Positions 41,435-50,692 of a stretch of DNA of 64,000 nt are shown piece after piece. The DNA is from Candidatus Undinarchaeota archaeon. Its GTDB lineage: Archaea > SpSt-1190 > JASMDC01. The position numbers and the translations under genes are program-made. The notes under the pieces are model-generated. The model had not been told where the DNA came from and ran no database searches. It worked only from the letters and a program-made list of their open reading frames with translations. The stretch is taken from contig CAZFHY010000009.1 in NCBI GenBank assembly GCA_964519305.1, positions 1-64,000 of the forward strand, written 5' to 3'. Position 1 is the stretch's first letter; each line of letters begins with the position of its first letter.

Positions 41435-41529
41435 AGTTCTACCTCCCCTGCATAATCAGTACGCCGTGTCCTTTTTATAGCTTGGGAAAGGTGTACGGGA
41501 TTGCCAAACCGATCATGGCATGCTCGGAT

Positions 41530-42039
41530 CTAATCCCCATGATCGACAGTTTCTAGCACTTCGAGAAGTCCGCCAATATCACCGCCCATGAGAAGGCATC
41601 CAGCCCCCATGTCGGATACATCATTGATGTTGAACGAACTGTCATCTACGAACAGGCATTCCTCGGGTCGCAGCTCGATGCCGTCCTTAGCGAGATCGCG
41701 CAGCATTTCCTTCACGGAACCACCCTTGGGCCGCCAGCATATGCTCAGACGTACGAAGGAATCACGCAGGTCCCAGCCATCCAGCGCTGCAAGGACCGGG
41801 GGTTCATCGTTGTGGGTGACAAGAGCAAGGAGCACATCACGCTCCTGCAGACCTTTCAGAAGCTCGCGAGCACCCGGGCGGAGGGCGATGGTGGCACCGC
41901 GGGTATCCTCCAGGGTATCAGCATCAAGTCGTCGGAGGGGAGGTCGGAGCAACGAAGCGTAGTCCGCACCCCGGCAGGTCCAAAGTGTCTCGTCACCGTC
42001 AAGGAGCACGAGCCGGTATGCCACGAATCCCACAACCAC
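41530..42039 (-). CDS. HAD-family magnesium-dependent phosphatase (MDP-1-like)
   Basis: LLDGDETLW motif I, VTHN motif II, LFVDD motif IV. Start may be GTG at 42024. Confidence 0.85.
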   Translation of the reverse strand: MVVGFVAYRLVLLDGDETLWTCRGADYASLLRPPLRRLDADTLEDTRGATIALRPGARELLKGLQERDVLLALVTHNDEPPVLAALDGWDLRDSFVRLSICWRPKGGSVKEMLRDLAKDGIELRPEECLFVDDSSFNINDVSDMGAGCLLMGGDIGGLLEVLETVDHGD

Positions 42040-42081
42040 TTGAAAGGTTTTTTAATCCTAGCCTGTCTAATATATTTGCTG

Positions 42082-42654
42082 GTGGTATTCATAGGGGAGA
42101 AGGAGCGGGATACCGAGGGAATCGAATTCTACCGCCGCATGTCCCAGAAGCGGCCCGACTACGCTCACACTTGGTACCGTCAGGGCAACATGCACGCGCT
42201 CAACGAGGAGTACCAGAAGGCCATAGACTGCTACATGAAGGTCTTGGAGACACGCCCCGACCACGTCAATGCCCTCAACAACATCGGTAATGCCTACATG
42301 GCCAAGAAGATGTACAAGCAGGCCATCGACCACTACCGCAAGGCGCTCGAGCTCAATCCAATGGACGAGCTTGCCTGGGGGAACCGGGGCATCGCCCATG
42401 GTTTCCTCGGTGAGTACAAAGAGGCAATCCACTGCTTCGAACAGGCCCTGAAGTTCAATGATGAGAACGTCAAGGTCCTGAGCAACATGGGCATCACGTA
42501 TTTCAACAAGGGTGAGCACATCGAGGCGCGGAAGTGTTTCAGCAAGGTGCTCGAAATCAGTCCCGATGACGAACTGGCTCTCTCGTGCCTGTCACGCATG
42601 AAGGATGATGAAGAGGAGTCCAAGCGAGGCCTCCTCAGCAGGTTCTTCTCATAG
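42082..42654 (+). CDS. TPR repeat protein
   Basis: Four TPR units (WYRQG..., ALNNIGNAY, AWGNRGIA, LSNMGITY). Start uncertain; the upstream part of the 41812 ORF overlaps the HAD gene. Confidence 0.85.
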   Translation: MVFIGEKERDTEGIEFYRRMSQKRPDYAHTWYRQGNMHALNEEYQKAIDCYMKVLETRPDHVNALNNIGNAYMAKKMYKQAIDHYRKALELNPMDELAWGNRGIAHGFLGEYKEAIHCFEQALKFNDENVKVLSNMGITYFNKGEHIEARKCFSKVLEISPDDELALSCLSRMKDDEEESKRGLLSRFFS

Positions 42655-42818
42655 AACGTCAATATCCCTTCCTAATTCGTAATAGACTCTTGTTTACCCG
42701 TTAATATCGACCAATAGAAACAGCACTAGAGGTAGCATCTGTTTTTAATATGGATTTATTCACTACTCTTGAATAGTAACATATATAAACCTCTGCTGAC
42801 TAGATAGTATCGGATCCA

Positions 42819-44405
42819 ATGACATATTCTCTCGAGGTAGCCCACGATGCTTCCTATGGCGCCCTTACTGAGGGTTCCTCTGTGACCATCGTCGGCGGCG
42901 GCCCTGGCGGGGTGGCCGCTGCTCTATACCTCCAGAAAGAGCGGCCTGACCTGGACATCAATGTCCTCGAATACCGGGACGAACGGAAGTCGCTCATGCC
43001 GGCCTGTGGCTCCTGCAAGGGTGGCGGTGGTGTCATGCCCGGTCAGGTGCTCAGCACCCTGGAAGAGGACCTTGGGATATCCGTACCCGACCGCCTCATC
43101 ATGAACCGCTACGCTGGCTACGATTTCCATCGCCTCGGTGCGGACAAGTCCTACTCGATGTCCATGCCGACGGCCGAGGTCATGCCTGGGGCCGACAAGG
43201 AGTACGGCACCGTATCAGTGTACCGTGGTAACGGACCTGCCCGCTTTAGCGGGGAGGAGCCCATCGGCTTCGATGCCTACCTCAGGAAGGAGGCGAACGA
43301 CAGGGGCATCAAGTTCACGTACGGGAGCGTGAACGACATCATCGTCCCCGAGTCACTGGACGGCAAGGTCATGGTGAACTACAAGCCCACGGGCAAGGGC
43401 GATGACCTCACGTTCGCCACCGACCTCCTCATCAACGCCGCCGGTGTCAAGGGCTCACAGCTCACCCGCATGGGCTACATGGACGATTCAGGCGCCCTGC
43501 AGTACCGTGACCGCGGTATCTCGCCCCGCTCCAGGACCTTCGGGCAGTTCGAGATCAAGCTCCCAAAGGCGGACGTGGAGTCCTACTTCGGTGATACCAT
43601 CTCGGTGTATACCGGGATCCCCAACTCCGAGTTCGTCGCCGTTACCCCCAAGTTCCCCGGACCGCAGAAGGTGAAGGGGAAGGACGGGTCCACGAAGGAA
43701 GTGGACTACGGTTACCTCTCGATCACCCTCGCGCTCGATCCCAGAAAGGAGAAAGAGCTCGATAATCTAGGCTCCGAGAAGGAAGTGCGAAGTGCCTACA
43801 CCCAGCAGCTCATGGGGCTGGAGAAGGCTCTGCTGGAGCACCCCGGATTCTCGTACAAGGTCGAAAACCGCATCGAGGACCGACCGTTCCACTGCCTCTG
43901 CCAGCCCTCTGCGCCCGTCTCCGCTTCGGAGAAACCCTTCGAGGACAGGTACGTGGAGATCGGCGACGCCGGTGGCGCCATCCGCTACGGTAAGAACGGC
44001 ATTGGCCACTCCATCCTCTCCGCCAGGTCGGCCGTGGAGAGCATCCTTGAGCGGGGTGTGTCAGAAAAGGCATTCCGCGACGGCTACTACACCGACTTCA
44101 TCAAGCCGCTCGAACGCGACAACGCCGTGGGCAAGGCGATGTTCGGCGCCAACAGGGTCGTGGCGGGCAACGACGTCCTCTCAGGCCTGTTCTACAGCAC
44201 GGCCAACAGTCCCGTGGGCAAGCCGATCAAGAAGATGGCCTACCGCATGGCCCGGGGTCACTACGGCGAGGACAGCTACAAGAGCATCGTTGGTAATGCC
44301 GTCGTCGACGCTGTCAAGCTGCCCTACGAGCTCGCCGGGCGCGCCATCAACTCCGCCGTGGACAAGTACCATGACTGGCGGGAACGACGCAACAGTGACG
44401 AGTAG
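42819..44405 (+). CDS. FAD-dependent oxidoreductase (geranylgeranyl reductase/dehydrogenase superfamily)
   Basis: VTIVGGGPGG Rossmann motif, CKGGGG, LINAAG, IGDAGG..K.GIG. AT-rich promoter with ATATATAA. Confidence 0.75.
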   Translation: MTYSLEVAHDASYGALTEGSSVTIVGGGPGGVAAALYLQKERPDLDINVLEYRDERKSLMPACGSCKGGGGVMPGQVLSTLEEDLGISVPDRLIMNRYAGYDFHRLGADKSYSMSMPTAEVMPGADKEYGTVSVYRGNGPARFSGEEPIGFDAYLRKEANDRGIKFTYGSVNDIIVPESLDGKVMVNYKPTGKGDDLTFATDLLINAAGVKGSQLTRMGYMDDSGALQYRDRGISPRSRTFGQFEIKLPKADVESYFGDTISVYTGIPNSEFVAVTPKFPGPQKVKGKDGSTKEVDYGYLSITLALDPRKEKELDNLGSEKEVRSAYTQQLMGLEKALLEHPGFSYKVENRIEDRPFHCLCQPSAPVSASEKPFEDRYVEIGDAGGAIRYGKNGIGHSILSARSAVESILERGVSEKAFRDGYYTDFIKPLERDNAVGKAMFGANRVVAGNDVLSGLFYSTANSPVGKPIKKMAYRMARGHYGEDSYKSIVGNAVVDAVKLPYELAGRAINSAVDKYHDWRERRNSDE

Positions 44406-44461
44406 CCCGAAGCGTGAACACGCCCCGGGCAGTCCCCGTCAATTGTCCTTTCTATCCGTTC

Positions 44462-46063
44462 TCACGCATTCTCGTGCTCGCTGAAGGCCATGGCCTTCCA
44501 GTCCTTGCCCTTGAGCACGCGGCCCAGGATCTCCATTGCCTCCGACTTCGGTCGGGGGTAGGTGAACCCGATCTCCTTGATCTTGTTATCATAGTCCGCG
44601 GCGATCTCGTCCAGCGAGTAACCAGCGGCAGCGGCCTCGGCGGCCAAGCGCGCGGCCCAGGCGCCGTCCAGAGTACCGTAGCCGTGGATGCCTCCGCCCA
44701 TGGTGGTGACTGTGTCGGTGCCGAACATCTTGGCCAGCTCGATCAGGTGCTTGGGGTAGAGACCTCCCGAGTTGACGGGCATCACGGGGCGCATGCCGTA
44801 CCACTTCTGCGGGAAGAACCAGTTGTACTCGCCCTCCTCGACCTCGGGCACGTAGTCCTCCTGGCTGATGCAGTGGGCGTAGTTGAGGATCTCGGACTTG
44901 TCACCCTCCATCTTGCCCACAACGGTGCCGATGTGCAGCTCGTCGATACCCGCCAGGCGGCAGCACTTGGCGATCACCATCATGTCCACCCCGTGCATGG
45001 GGGTGCGAGCGAAGCTGGCGTGCATGGCGCGGTGGCCGTGGATGAGGAGCGGCGGACCGTGCTCGCGCAGGGTCTGGACCGCAGTGAACCCGCCGGTGAT
45101 TATGTCGATCATGCACCCGATGGCCCCCATCTCCTTGACGAAGTAGGCCTTCTCCAGCATGTCCATGGCGCTACCGGAGGTGACGTTTGCCACGTAAAGC
45201 TTGCGCTGGTCGATGCCCTTGGCCTTGTGCTCGGCCTCGACCTCCTCGATACGCTTGAAGGACAGGTAGGCCCTAAGGTAATAGGGATCGAACTCCTGGT
45301 CGGTGAGGTTCTCGTCATCCTTGACCACGGAGCAGTACTTGAAGGTCTTGTACAGCACCTCGGCCTGCTCGTCGGCGAAGAGCCCGGTCTTGGGCTTGGG
45401 GATGGTCCCCACCAGGGTGTGGCCATGGGTCTTGGTGACCTCACGGATCCCGGGGATACCGAAACGGGGTCCGGGGAACGTGGCGATGTACTCGGGGGGC
45501 ATGTGGAAGTCCATCACCTTGATGTACTCCACGGCCTTCATGGCCAGGATGTTACCGGTGATGCAGCTGAAGAGCTGGGGAATGCTCCCCGGCTCGAAAA
45601 GGGCCAGCGGGTAGGCCACCTTGACGTGACCGGCCTTGCCGTCGACCTCGGGGATGCACTCGTACACGGTGCCCGCGAGGCTCAGGGTGTAGGAGGTCTC
45701 GGTCTGGACGTCGGTCCAGGTGCCCGTCGACGACTCTAGCGTGACGTGGTTGGCGGCCTCTTCCAGGGTCTCCCCCTTGGGGGGCGTGACCTTGAACGAT
45801 GCCAAGAGGTATTTCTCCGGCTGCTTGCTGGGCTCGAACCCGATGTCTAGGAACCGGACGAGAGTGTCCTTCTCCTGGAGCCGGGCGGCCTTCTTGACCT
45901 GTGACTCGGTGAGTGTGGGGCGCTTCCAGGTGAAGGGTTTTGCGCGCTCGTCCTGCATCTTGCGAAGGGTCGCGAACATCGTGTCCCTTGCACGAGCCCG
46001 GGCCTCGTCGATATCCTTGCCGATGGCGCTGTTGAGCACTCCGTTCGCGTCGGTGATTTCCAT
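44462..46063 (-). CDS. rbcL: RuBisCO large subunit, form III-type, with terminal extensions
   Basis: ESSTGTWT, GNI, GTIPKPKTGL, KDDENL, HGHRAMHA, HIGTVVGKMEG, SGGL, GGGIHG: all hallmark catalytic residues visible. Confidence 0.93.
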   Translation of the reverse strand: MEITDANGVLNSAIGKDIDEARARARDTMFATLRKMQDERAKPFTWKRPTLTESQVKKAARLQEKDTLVRFLDIGFEPSKQPEKYLLASFKVTPPKGETLEEAANHVTLESSTGTWTDVQTETSYTLSLAGTVYECIPEVDGKAGHVKVAYPLALFEPGSIPQLFSCITGNILAMKAVEYIKVMDFHMPPEYIATFPGPRFGIPGIREVTKTHGHTLVGTIPKPKTGLFADEQAEVLYKTFKYCSVVKDDENLTDQEFDPYYLRAYLSFKRIEEVEAEHKAKGIDQRKLYVANVTSGSAMDMLEKAYFVKEMGAIGCMIDIITGGFTAVQTLREHGPPLLIHGHRAMHASFARTPMHGVDMMVIAKCCRLAGIDELHIGTVVGKMEGDKSEILNYAHCISQEDYVPEVEEGEYNWFFPQKWYGMRPVMPVNSGGLYPKHLIELAKMFGTDTVTTMGGGIHGYGTLDGAWAARLAAEAAAAGYSLDEIAADYDNKIKEIGFTYPRPKSEAMEILGRVLKGKDWKAMAFSEHENA

Positions 46064-46240
46064 GATGATTCTCCTCGTTGGAAGGGGTGGACACGTCCAG
46101 TGTCTTTTAAAGGGTCCCTAGGGGGTGGCCCGTGGTCACCTAGAGCACGGCCGAGAAATATGCGAAAATAGAAGGATTCCGGGGCCTGGAGGCGAAAGAT
46201 TTAAGAACCGCCTGACATACTCTGTCACACTAGGGGCAAC

Positions 46241-48061
46241 ATGGGGAAAGAATCACCCTCCGAGAAGAAGCATCAGCAACCCGATCGGCCGCCGATATAC
46301 ATCGCTTTCGAGTGGCACATGCACCAGCCCATCTACCGCCCCTACGAGACCGTAACCGAGACAATGAACGGCGGCAAGAAGGTCAACTCGATCAAGGGCA
46401 CGATGCCTGACGGGAAGGGCACGCCCGACCTTAAGGAGATCTTCTACTCTCGGTGGGGCCCCTACACCACATGGGTGGCCGATGCCATCGAGTCAGGCAA
46501 GGACGCAGGGCTCGCCGACCTTGGAGCCAGCATGAGCTTCTCCGGCTCGCTCATCGAGAACCTCAATGCGCTGGAGGAGGCCGATCCCAACGGCCCGTTC
46601 AAGGACTGGGCGGACCGCTTCATCGAGGCCCGACACTGGGAGACATCGGAGGGCAATCCACGGCTAGACATCGTCGGGTTCGGGTACCACCACCCCCTCA
46701 TGGGGCTCATCGAGTACGACGACATCCGTCGGTCTGTGCAGGACCACAAGCAGATCGTCGCCGAGACCTTCGGTGACGACGTGGCGTACTCCAAGGGCAT
46801 CTTCCCGCCCGAGAACGCCTTCTCCGAACGCATGATCCCCGCTCTCGTTGATGAGGGCTTCGAATGGGCGCTCATCGACAACGTCCACCTGGAGCGGGCG
46901 TGCGAGAACTACCCCTACACCACCGGCTCCAACCTCAAGCCACCGAACCCGGCCGACCAGCAGAACCCCGATCCAGACGATTGGGTCCAGCTCAACGGCC
47001 TCTGGTCACCCGGGAAGGTGTCCGGCGGGTTCGCCCACCGGCCCCACTGGGTCGAGTACACCGACGCCAACGGTAAGACCTCGAAGATGATCGGTGTGTT
47101 CGCGGACCGGTACCTTGGCACCGAGGACGCCCGGGGCGGTTTCGGAGCGTTGAACTATGAACACGTTATGAGCCAGCTAGAGAAGTTCAACACAGATCCC
47201 GATCATCCTATTCTCATCGTGCTCCCCCACGACGGGGACAACTACGGCGGCGGTTCCGACTCATACTACCACCACAACTTCCAGCGGTTCGTCCAGTGGC
47301 TGCAGGCCAATCCGGACCGCTTCCAGTGCACGACCGTCCAGGACTATCTGGACAAGTTCCCCGTGGCCGACAACGATGTGGTCCATGTGGAACCGGGCTC
47401 CTGGAGCGGTGCGGACAACGGCGATCCCGAGTTCAAGAAATGGAACGGGGACCCGGTCAACGGCTACTCGCCCGACCGCAACTCCTGGGCCGTCATCGTC
47501 GCTGCAAAGAACCGCGTTAAGACGGCGGAGGCCATCGATCCAAAGGCTCCCGAGACGAAGGAGGCCTGGCGGTTCCTGGACGTGGGGCAGACCTCATGCT
47601 ACTGGTACTGGGACGGCAACACCGAGTGGGACTCGAACCCCACGCTGGCCGCTAATCAGGCGGTCGAGCAGGCGGACAAGGTCATCGGACAGGGCCCCGA
47701 CACCGTCGGACCCTCCCTCTACCTCCCCCAGCGCGATCCCTACAACCCGGGCGGTCTCGGGTGGGGCAACCAGCCCGAACCTGAGGACGTGCGCATCTGG
47801 ACGCTCGGGTACGATGTGTCTGGGATTGAGCGGGTCGACCTGAAGTACCGCGAGATTGGCGCACAGGACTGGCAGAGCGCGTCGATGGCAGCGAGCCCGA
47901 TGCCGGCCCCCAAGACGGATCCGCAACCGGTCTACCGCGGCGAGGAGTACGGCGCGGAGCTCACAGGGCTCCACGACGTGACCATCGAGTACTATGTCGA
48001 GGCCGAGGACGCGCTCGGGAACGTCTCCCAGACGGACGTCCAGCAGGTCTACATCGAGTGA
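46241..48061 (+). CDS. Glycoside hydrolase family 57 (alpha-amylase/amylopullulanase-like)
   Basis: WHMHQPIY, GYHHPL, FPPENAF (nucleophile Glu), HDGDN (acid/base Asp), TSCYWYW. Confidence 0.88.
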   Translation: MGKESPSEKKHQQPDRPPIYIAFEWHMHQPIYRPYETVTETMNGGKKVNSIKGTMPDGKGTPDLKEIFYSRWGPYTTWVADAIESGKDAGLADLGASMSFSGSLIENLNALEEADPNGPFKDWADRFIEARHWETSEGNPRLDIVGFGYHHPLMGLIEYDDIRRSVQDHKQIVAETFGDDVAYSKGIFPPENAFSERMIPALVDEGFEWALIDNVHLERACENYPYTTGSNLKPPNPADQQNPDPDDWVQLNGLWSPGKVSGGFAHRPHWVEYTDANGKTSKMIGVFADRYLGTEDARGGFGALNYEHVMSQLEKFNTDPDHPILIVLPHDGDNYGGGSDSYYHHNFQRFVQWLQANPDRFQCTTVQDYLDKFPVADNDVVHVEPGSWSGADNGDPEFKKWNGDPVNGYSPDRNSWAVIVAAKNRVKTAEAIDPKAPETKEAWRFLDVGQTSCYWYWDGNTEWDSNPTLAANQAVEQADKVIGQGPDTVGPSLYLPQRDPYNPGGLGWGNQPEPEDVRIWTLGYDVSGIERVDLKYREIGAQDWQSASMAASPMPAPKTDPQPVYRGEEYGAELTGLHDVTIEYYVEAEDALGNVSQTDVQQVYIE

Positions 48062-48071
48062 GGGATAAGAG

Positions 48072-48170
48072 ATGAAGCTGCGCGACATGTTCTTCACAGC
48101 GGCCCTTTGCCTCAACTTCTACGTGCTCTGGGGACCTGTTGGCGTGCTGGACTTGTACGACCTCCTTTGA
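48072..48170 (+). CDS. Putative 32-aa single-TM small protein
   Basis: MKLRDMFFTAALCLNFYVLWGPVGVLDLYDLL, 10 nt after the GH57 stop, purine-rich SD-like sequence. Below the ORF-track cutoff. Confidence 0.45.
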   Translation: MKLRDMFFTAALCLNFYVLWGPVGVLDLYDLL

Positions 48171-48306
48171 GGGCAGACCTCTCCCGCAGGGGGATTCCCG
48201 ACATTACCAATCCCGCGTATGGTCAGCACCGCATTGACGCCCAAATGTGACCGTGAAAGGACGGACCGCGGACAGTGTATGATCTGCCCCGTTCTTGCTC
48301 AGACCG

Positions 48307-48360
48307 CCCAAAAGATAACTATTTAAGTGCCCCTAAATACTTAGGGGCTCCTAAAGGTGC
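48307..48360 (+). promoter_or_regulatory. Promoter with palindromic operator upstream of glycine-zipper gene
   Basis: CCCAAAAG-ATAAC-TATTTAAG, then perfect inverted repeat GCCCCTAA-ATAC-TTAGGGGC (48329-48348), then CTAAAGGTG SD. Confidence 0.6.
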
Positions 48361-48366
48361 ATTATT

Positions 48367-48720
48367 ATGTACGACATCAGCGAACTTGAATCGATCGGGT
48401 ACGACTCAACCTGCGTGACCGATGAGGTCACGTACACTGACGACCTCTCCGGTGAGATGCTCGTCGGTAGTGCCATCGGTGGGGCGATATTGGGCTACGC
48501 GGTCGGTAACGGTGTTGGTCGCCTGGGTGCATGGTGGGCCGAGAAGACCGAAGCAGGGATCCAGAAAGCGGGACTTATCTCAGGTCTCAAGGGCGCCGGT
48601 ATCGGGGCCCTAGCGGCCGGTGGGACCTACGTTGTTGCCGATGCCCTGCACGGGAGTAGCAATGGTGGCGGGGAAGAAGAATCCGCCAATGACTGGACGC
48701 ACTACATGCGCGACGAATGA
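48367..48720 (+). CDS. Glycine-zipper small protein with acidic leader (family member 1)
   Basis: MYDISELESIGY...TDDLSG, then GSAIGGAILGYAVGNGVG and GAGIGALAAGG. Confidence 0.75.
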   Translation: MYDISELESIGYDSTCVTDEVTYTDDLSGEMLVGSAIGGAILGYAVGNGVGRLGAWWAEKTEAGIQKAGLISGLKGAGIGALAAGGTYVVADALHGSSNGGGEEESANDWTHYMRDE

Positions 48721-48777
48721 TGATATGGGAGGCTGCGAGCGAACAGCATAAAAGTTTCGCCCCCACCCTCATCATCC

Positions 48778-49350
48778 ATGGAGGAAATCCTTCAGGACCA
48801 TCAGTCACGCATCAACAAGAGCCGCCGCACGGTGGTAGTGTGCCACGGCGACTCTCTTACCTGGGGCTTCATGGTCAACCGGGAGGATTGCTATCCTGCA
48901 CGCCTTGAGCGCCACCTGGGCGGTGACTGGCAGGTCATCAACACGGGCCAGAACGGTGACACCGCAGAAGGCGGGCTCACCCGGCTCACTCGCGAAGCGC
49001 TCCCCAATAACCCGCGTCTCGTCATAATAGGGTTCGGCACCAACGACTTCTACGACGGCGTCCCATCCAAGCGAGTGTTCGCAGCGATGGACGAGATGGT
49101 CGGACGCGTACTAGCTGATGGCTCAGAGGTCATCCTATGGGGATTCCCGCACTCCCAGGCGTACGGTCAGGGGTACGAGTTCATCGCGCGCAAGCATAAG
49201 GTCCCGCTCCTCGACTATCTGCACGATGATATCTATGGCCAGCAGGGGAACGTGTTCCCCGACGGAGTACACCTCACGGCCAGCGGGTATGCTGCAGTAG
49301 AGGCACGGGTCCTGCCGGTGGTCAGACGGGTGCTGGGGCTCGACGCCTGA
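48778..49350 (+). CDS. SGNH/GDSL hydrolase (arylesterase-like)
   Basis: GDSLTWG, NTGQNG, GTND, DGVH blocks. Confidence 0.9.
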   Translation: MEEILQDHQSRINKSRRTVVVCHGDSLTWGFMVNREDCYPARLERHLGGDWQVINTGQNGDTAEGGLTRLTREALPNNPRLVIIGFGTNDFYDGVPSKRVFAAMDEMVGRVLADGSEVILWGFPHSQAYGQGYEFIARKHKVPLLDYLHDDIYGQQGNVFPDGVHLTASGYAAVEARVLPVVRRVLGLDA

Positions 49351-49351
49351 G

Positions 49352-50629
49352 CTACTCGATGTTGGCGTGACGCTTCTTCATTTTCTCAGAAGTCTCGCTG
49401 AGCGCCTGCTGGAGGTTGAACACGACGCCCTCAAGGAATATGAGCGAGAGGATCTCGAACAATGAGCCCATGGGCGTCAGCTCCTCGATCTGCGAGGTTA
49501 GCTGGCGGGCGATGTACGACACCTCCTTGGACTCGCGCACCCTGCCGTGTATGAGGAACACAATCTCGGCCAGCTTGCTTAGCGTGCCCTCGGGATTGGA
49601 GGTGATGGCGACGACCGTGGCACCGTTGCCGTGGGCTGCCTGGATGGGGGCGATAGTGAGGCTGGTCTCTCCCGAGCCGGAGATACCGACGATGACGTCG
49701 TCAGCTTCCACGGCGGGCATTGTCACTTCGCCGATCACATGGACACGAAGCCCCATGTGCATGAGCCGCATCCCGAAGGCGGCCCCCACCAGCCGTGAGC
49801 GTCCGGTCCCGCATACGTACACCTTGCGGTCTTTCTCGCGTGCGTCCTTGATCAGCTCGACGAACCGGTCGATCGCCTTTCCATCTAGCTCCTCGGCCAG
49901 CTTGCTCGCCTGGCTGGCATAGAAGCGCATGGTCATCCCCACGGGGACGCTGAAGGCGACGTGGCGCATCCTCGAGATTATGGTGCGTGCGGTTGTCTGG
50001 GGGTCTTTGGACTCGCGTAGCGCCCGGCCGATGACGAGTCGCTGGGCCCCGTTCATCAGCACCCGTTCAACGTGCTCCTCGTCCAGAGCACCCGCGGCGA
50101 TGACGGGGATGGTCAGCTCCCGTGATACCTGCTCGATCTCCTGGAAGGGATCGACGGTGCGCTTGGTATGGAAGCTCGTATGGACCACGACCGCGTCCAC
50201 GCCGAGCTGCTCGGCCTCTTTCGCCTTCTCAACGACGCTGCGCTCCTTGTCCACGTGCGAGAGGTCCATGTAGACCTTCACGCCCTCGTTCTTTGCGTAC
50301 TGGAGAATCGTCTTGACGATGTGTGGGGCATGGTGAGCTGTGATGATTATCGCATGAGCGCCGAACTCCCTGATTGCGCGGATCGTCTTGAACTCCTCGA
50401 TGTGCTTCAGGTCGGCCACGACCTCGAAGGGTTCCCCACGTTCTGCAAAGGTCCCATGAAGACGGCCGAGCACGTACCGCGTCCCGAGGGTCTGAAGGGT
50501 GTGGTGGTCCACCTCGAAGATACGGGCACCACCAGCCCACAGCTCGTCAGCGAGCGCGATCAGCGCGTCGATGTCGTAGCTGTCGTCCACCTTCAGATAG
50601 ACCTGGAGTTCCGGCTTCGTAGTCTCCAT
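49352..50629 (-). CDS. Fused HPS-like barrel and 6-phospho-3-hexuloisomerase (HPS-PHI)
   Basis: N-terminal OMPDC/HPS barrel (ADLK, IAAG, IGRA). C-terminal SIS PHI (GTGRSRLV, FGMRLMHMG, ISGSGET, PMGSLFE, RHANIE). Confidence 0.85.
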   Translation of the reverse strand: METTKPELQVYLKVDDSYDIDALIALADELWAGGARIFEVDHHTLQTLGTRYVLGRLHGTFAERGEPFEVVADLKHIEEFKTIRAIREFGAHAIIITAHHAPHIVKTILQYAKNEGVKVYMDLSHVDKERSVVEKAKEAEQLGVDAVVVHTSFHTKRTVDPFQEIEQVSRELTIPVIAAGALDEEHVERVLMNGAQRLVIGRALRESKDPQTTARTIISRMRHVAFSVPVGMTMRFYASQASKLAEELDGKAIDRFVELIKDAREKDRKVYVCGTGRSRLVGAAFGMRLMHMGLRVHVIGEVTMPAVEADDVIVGISGSGETSLTIAPIQAAHGNGATVVAITSNPEGTLSKLAEIVFLIHGRVRESKEVSYIARQLTSQIEELTPMGSLFEILSLIFLEGVVFNLQQALSETSEKMKKRHANIE

Positions 50630-50692
50630 GCTCCTCGCTTTTTGGAAGCTAGGGGAAGGGTTAAAAGACTAAGCCTCCCCCTCTGCCCTGCC

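Noticed and set aside
44414-45739. Long antisense/overlapping ORFs (e.g. 44414+, 3608-, 14791-, 20466-, 39707+, 28174-)
   Set aside because: These are shadow frames of well-supported genes, expected with GC-rich codon bias, and carry no recognisable motifs.
44462-46063. RuBisCO-like protein (form IV)
   Set aside because: KDDE, HR, GKMEG and SGG catalytic motifs are all of the carboxylating type.
50168-50692. Long N-terminal extension on PAN
   Set aside because: It is antisense to HPS-PHI. TATA spacing supports ATG 50693.
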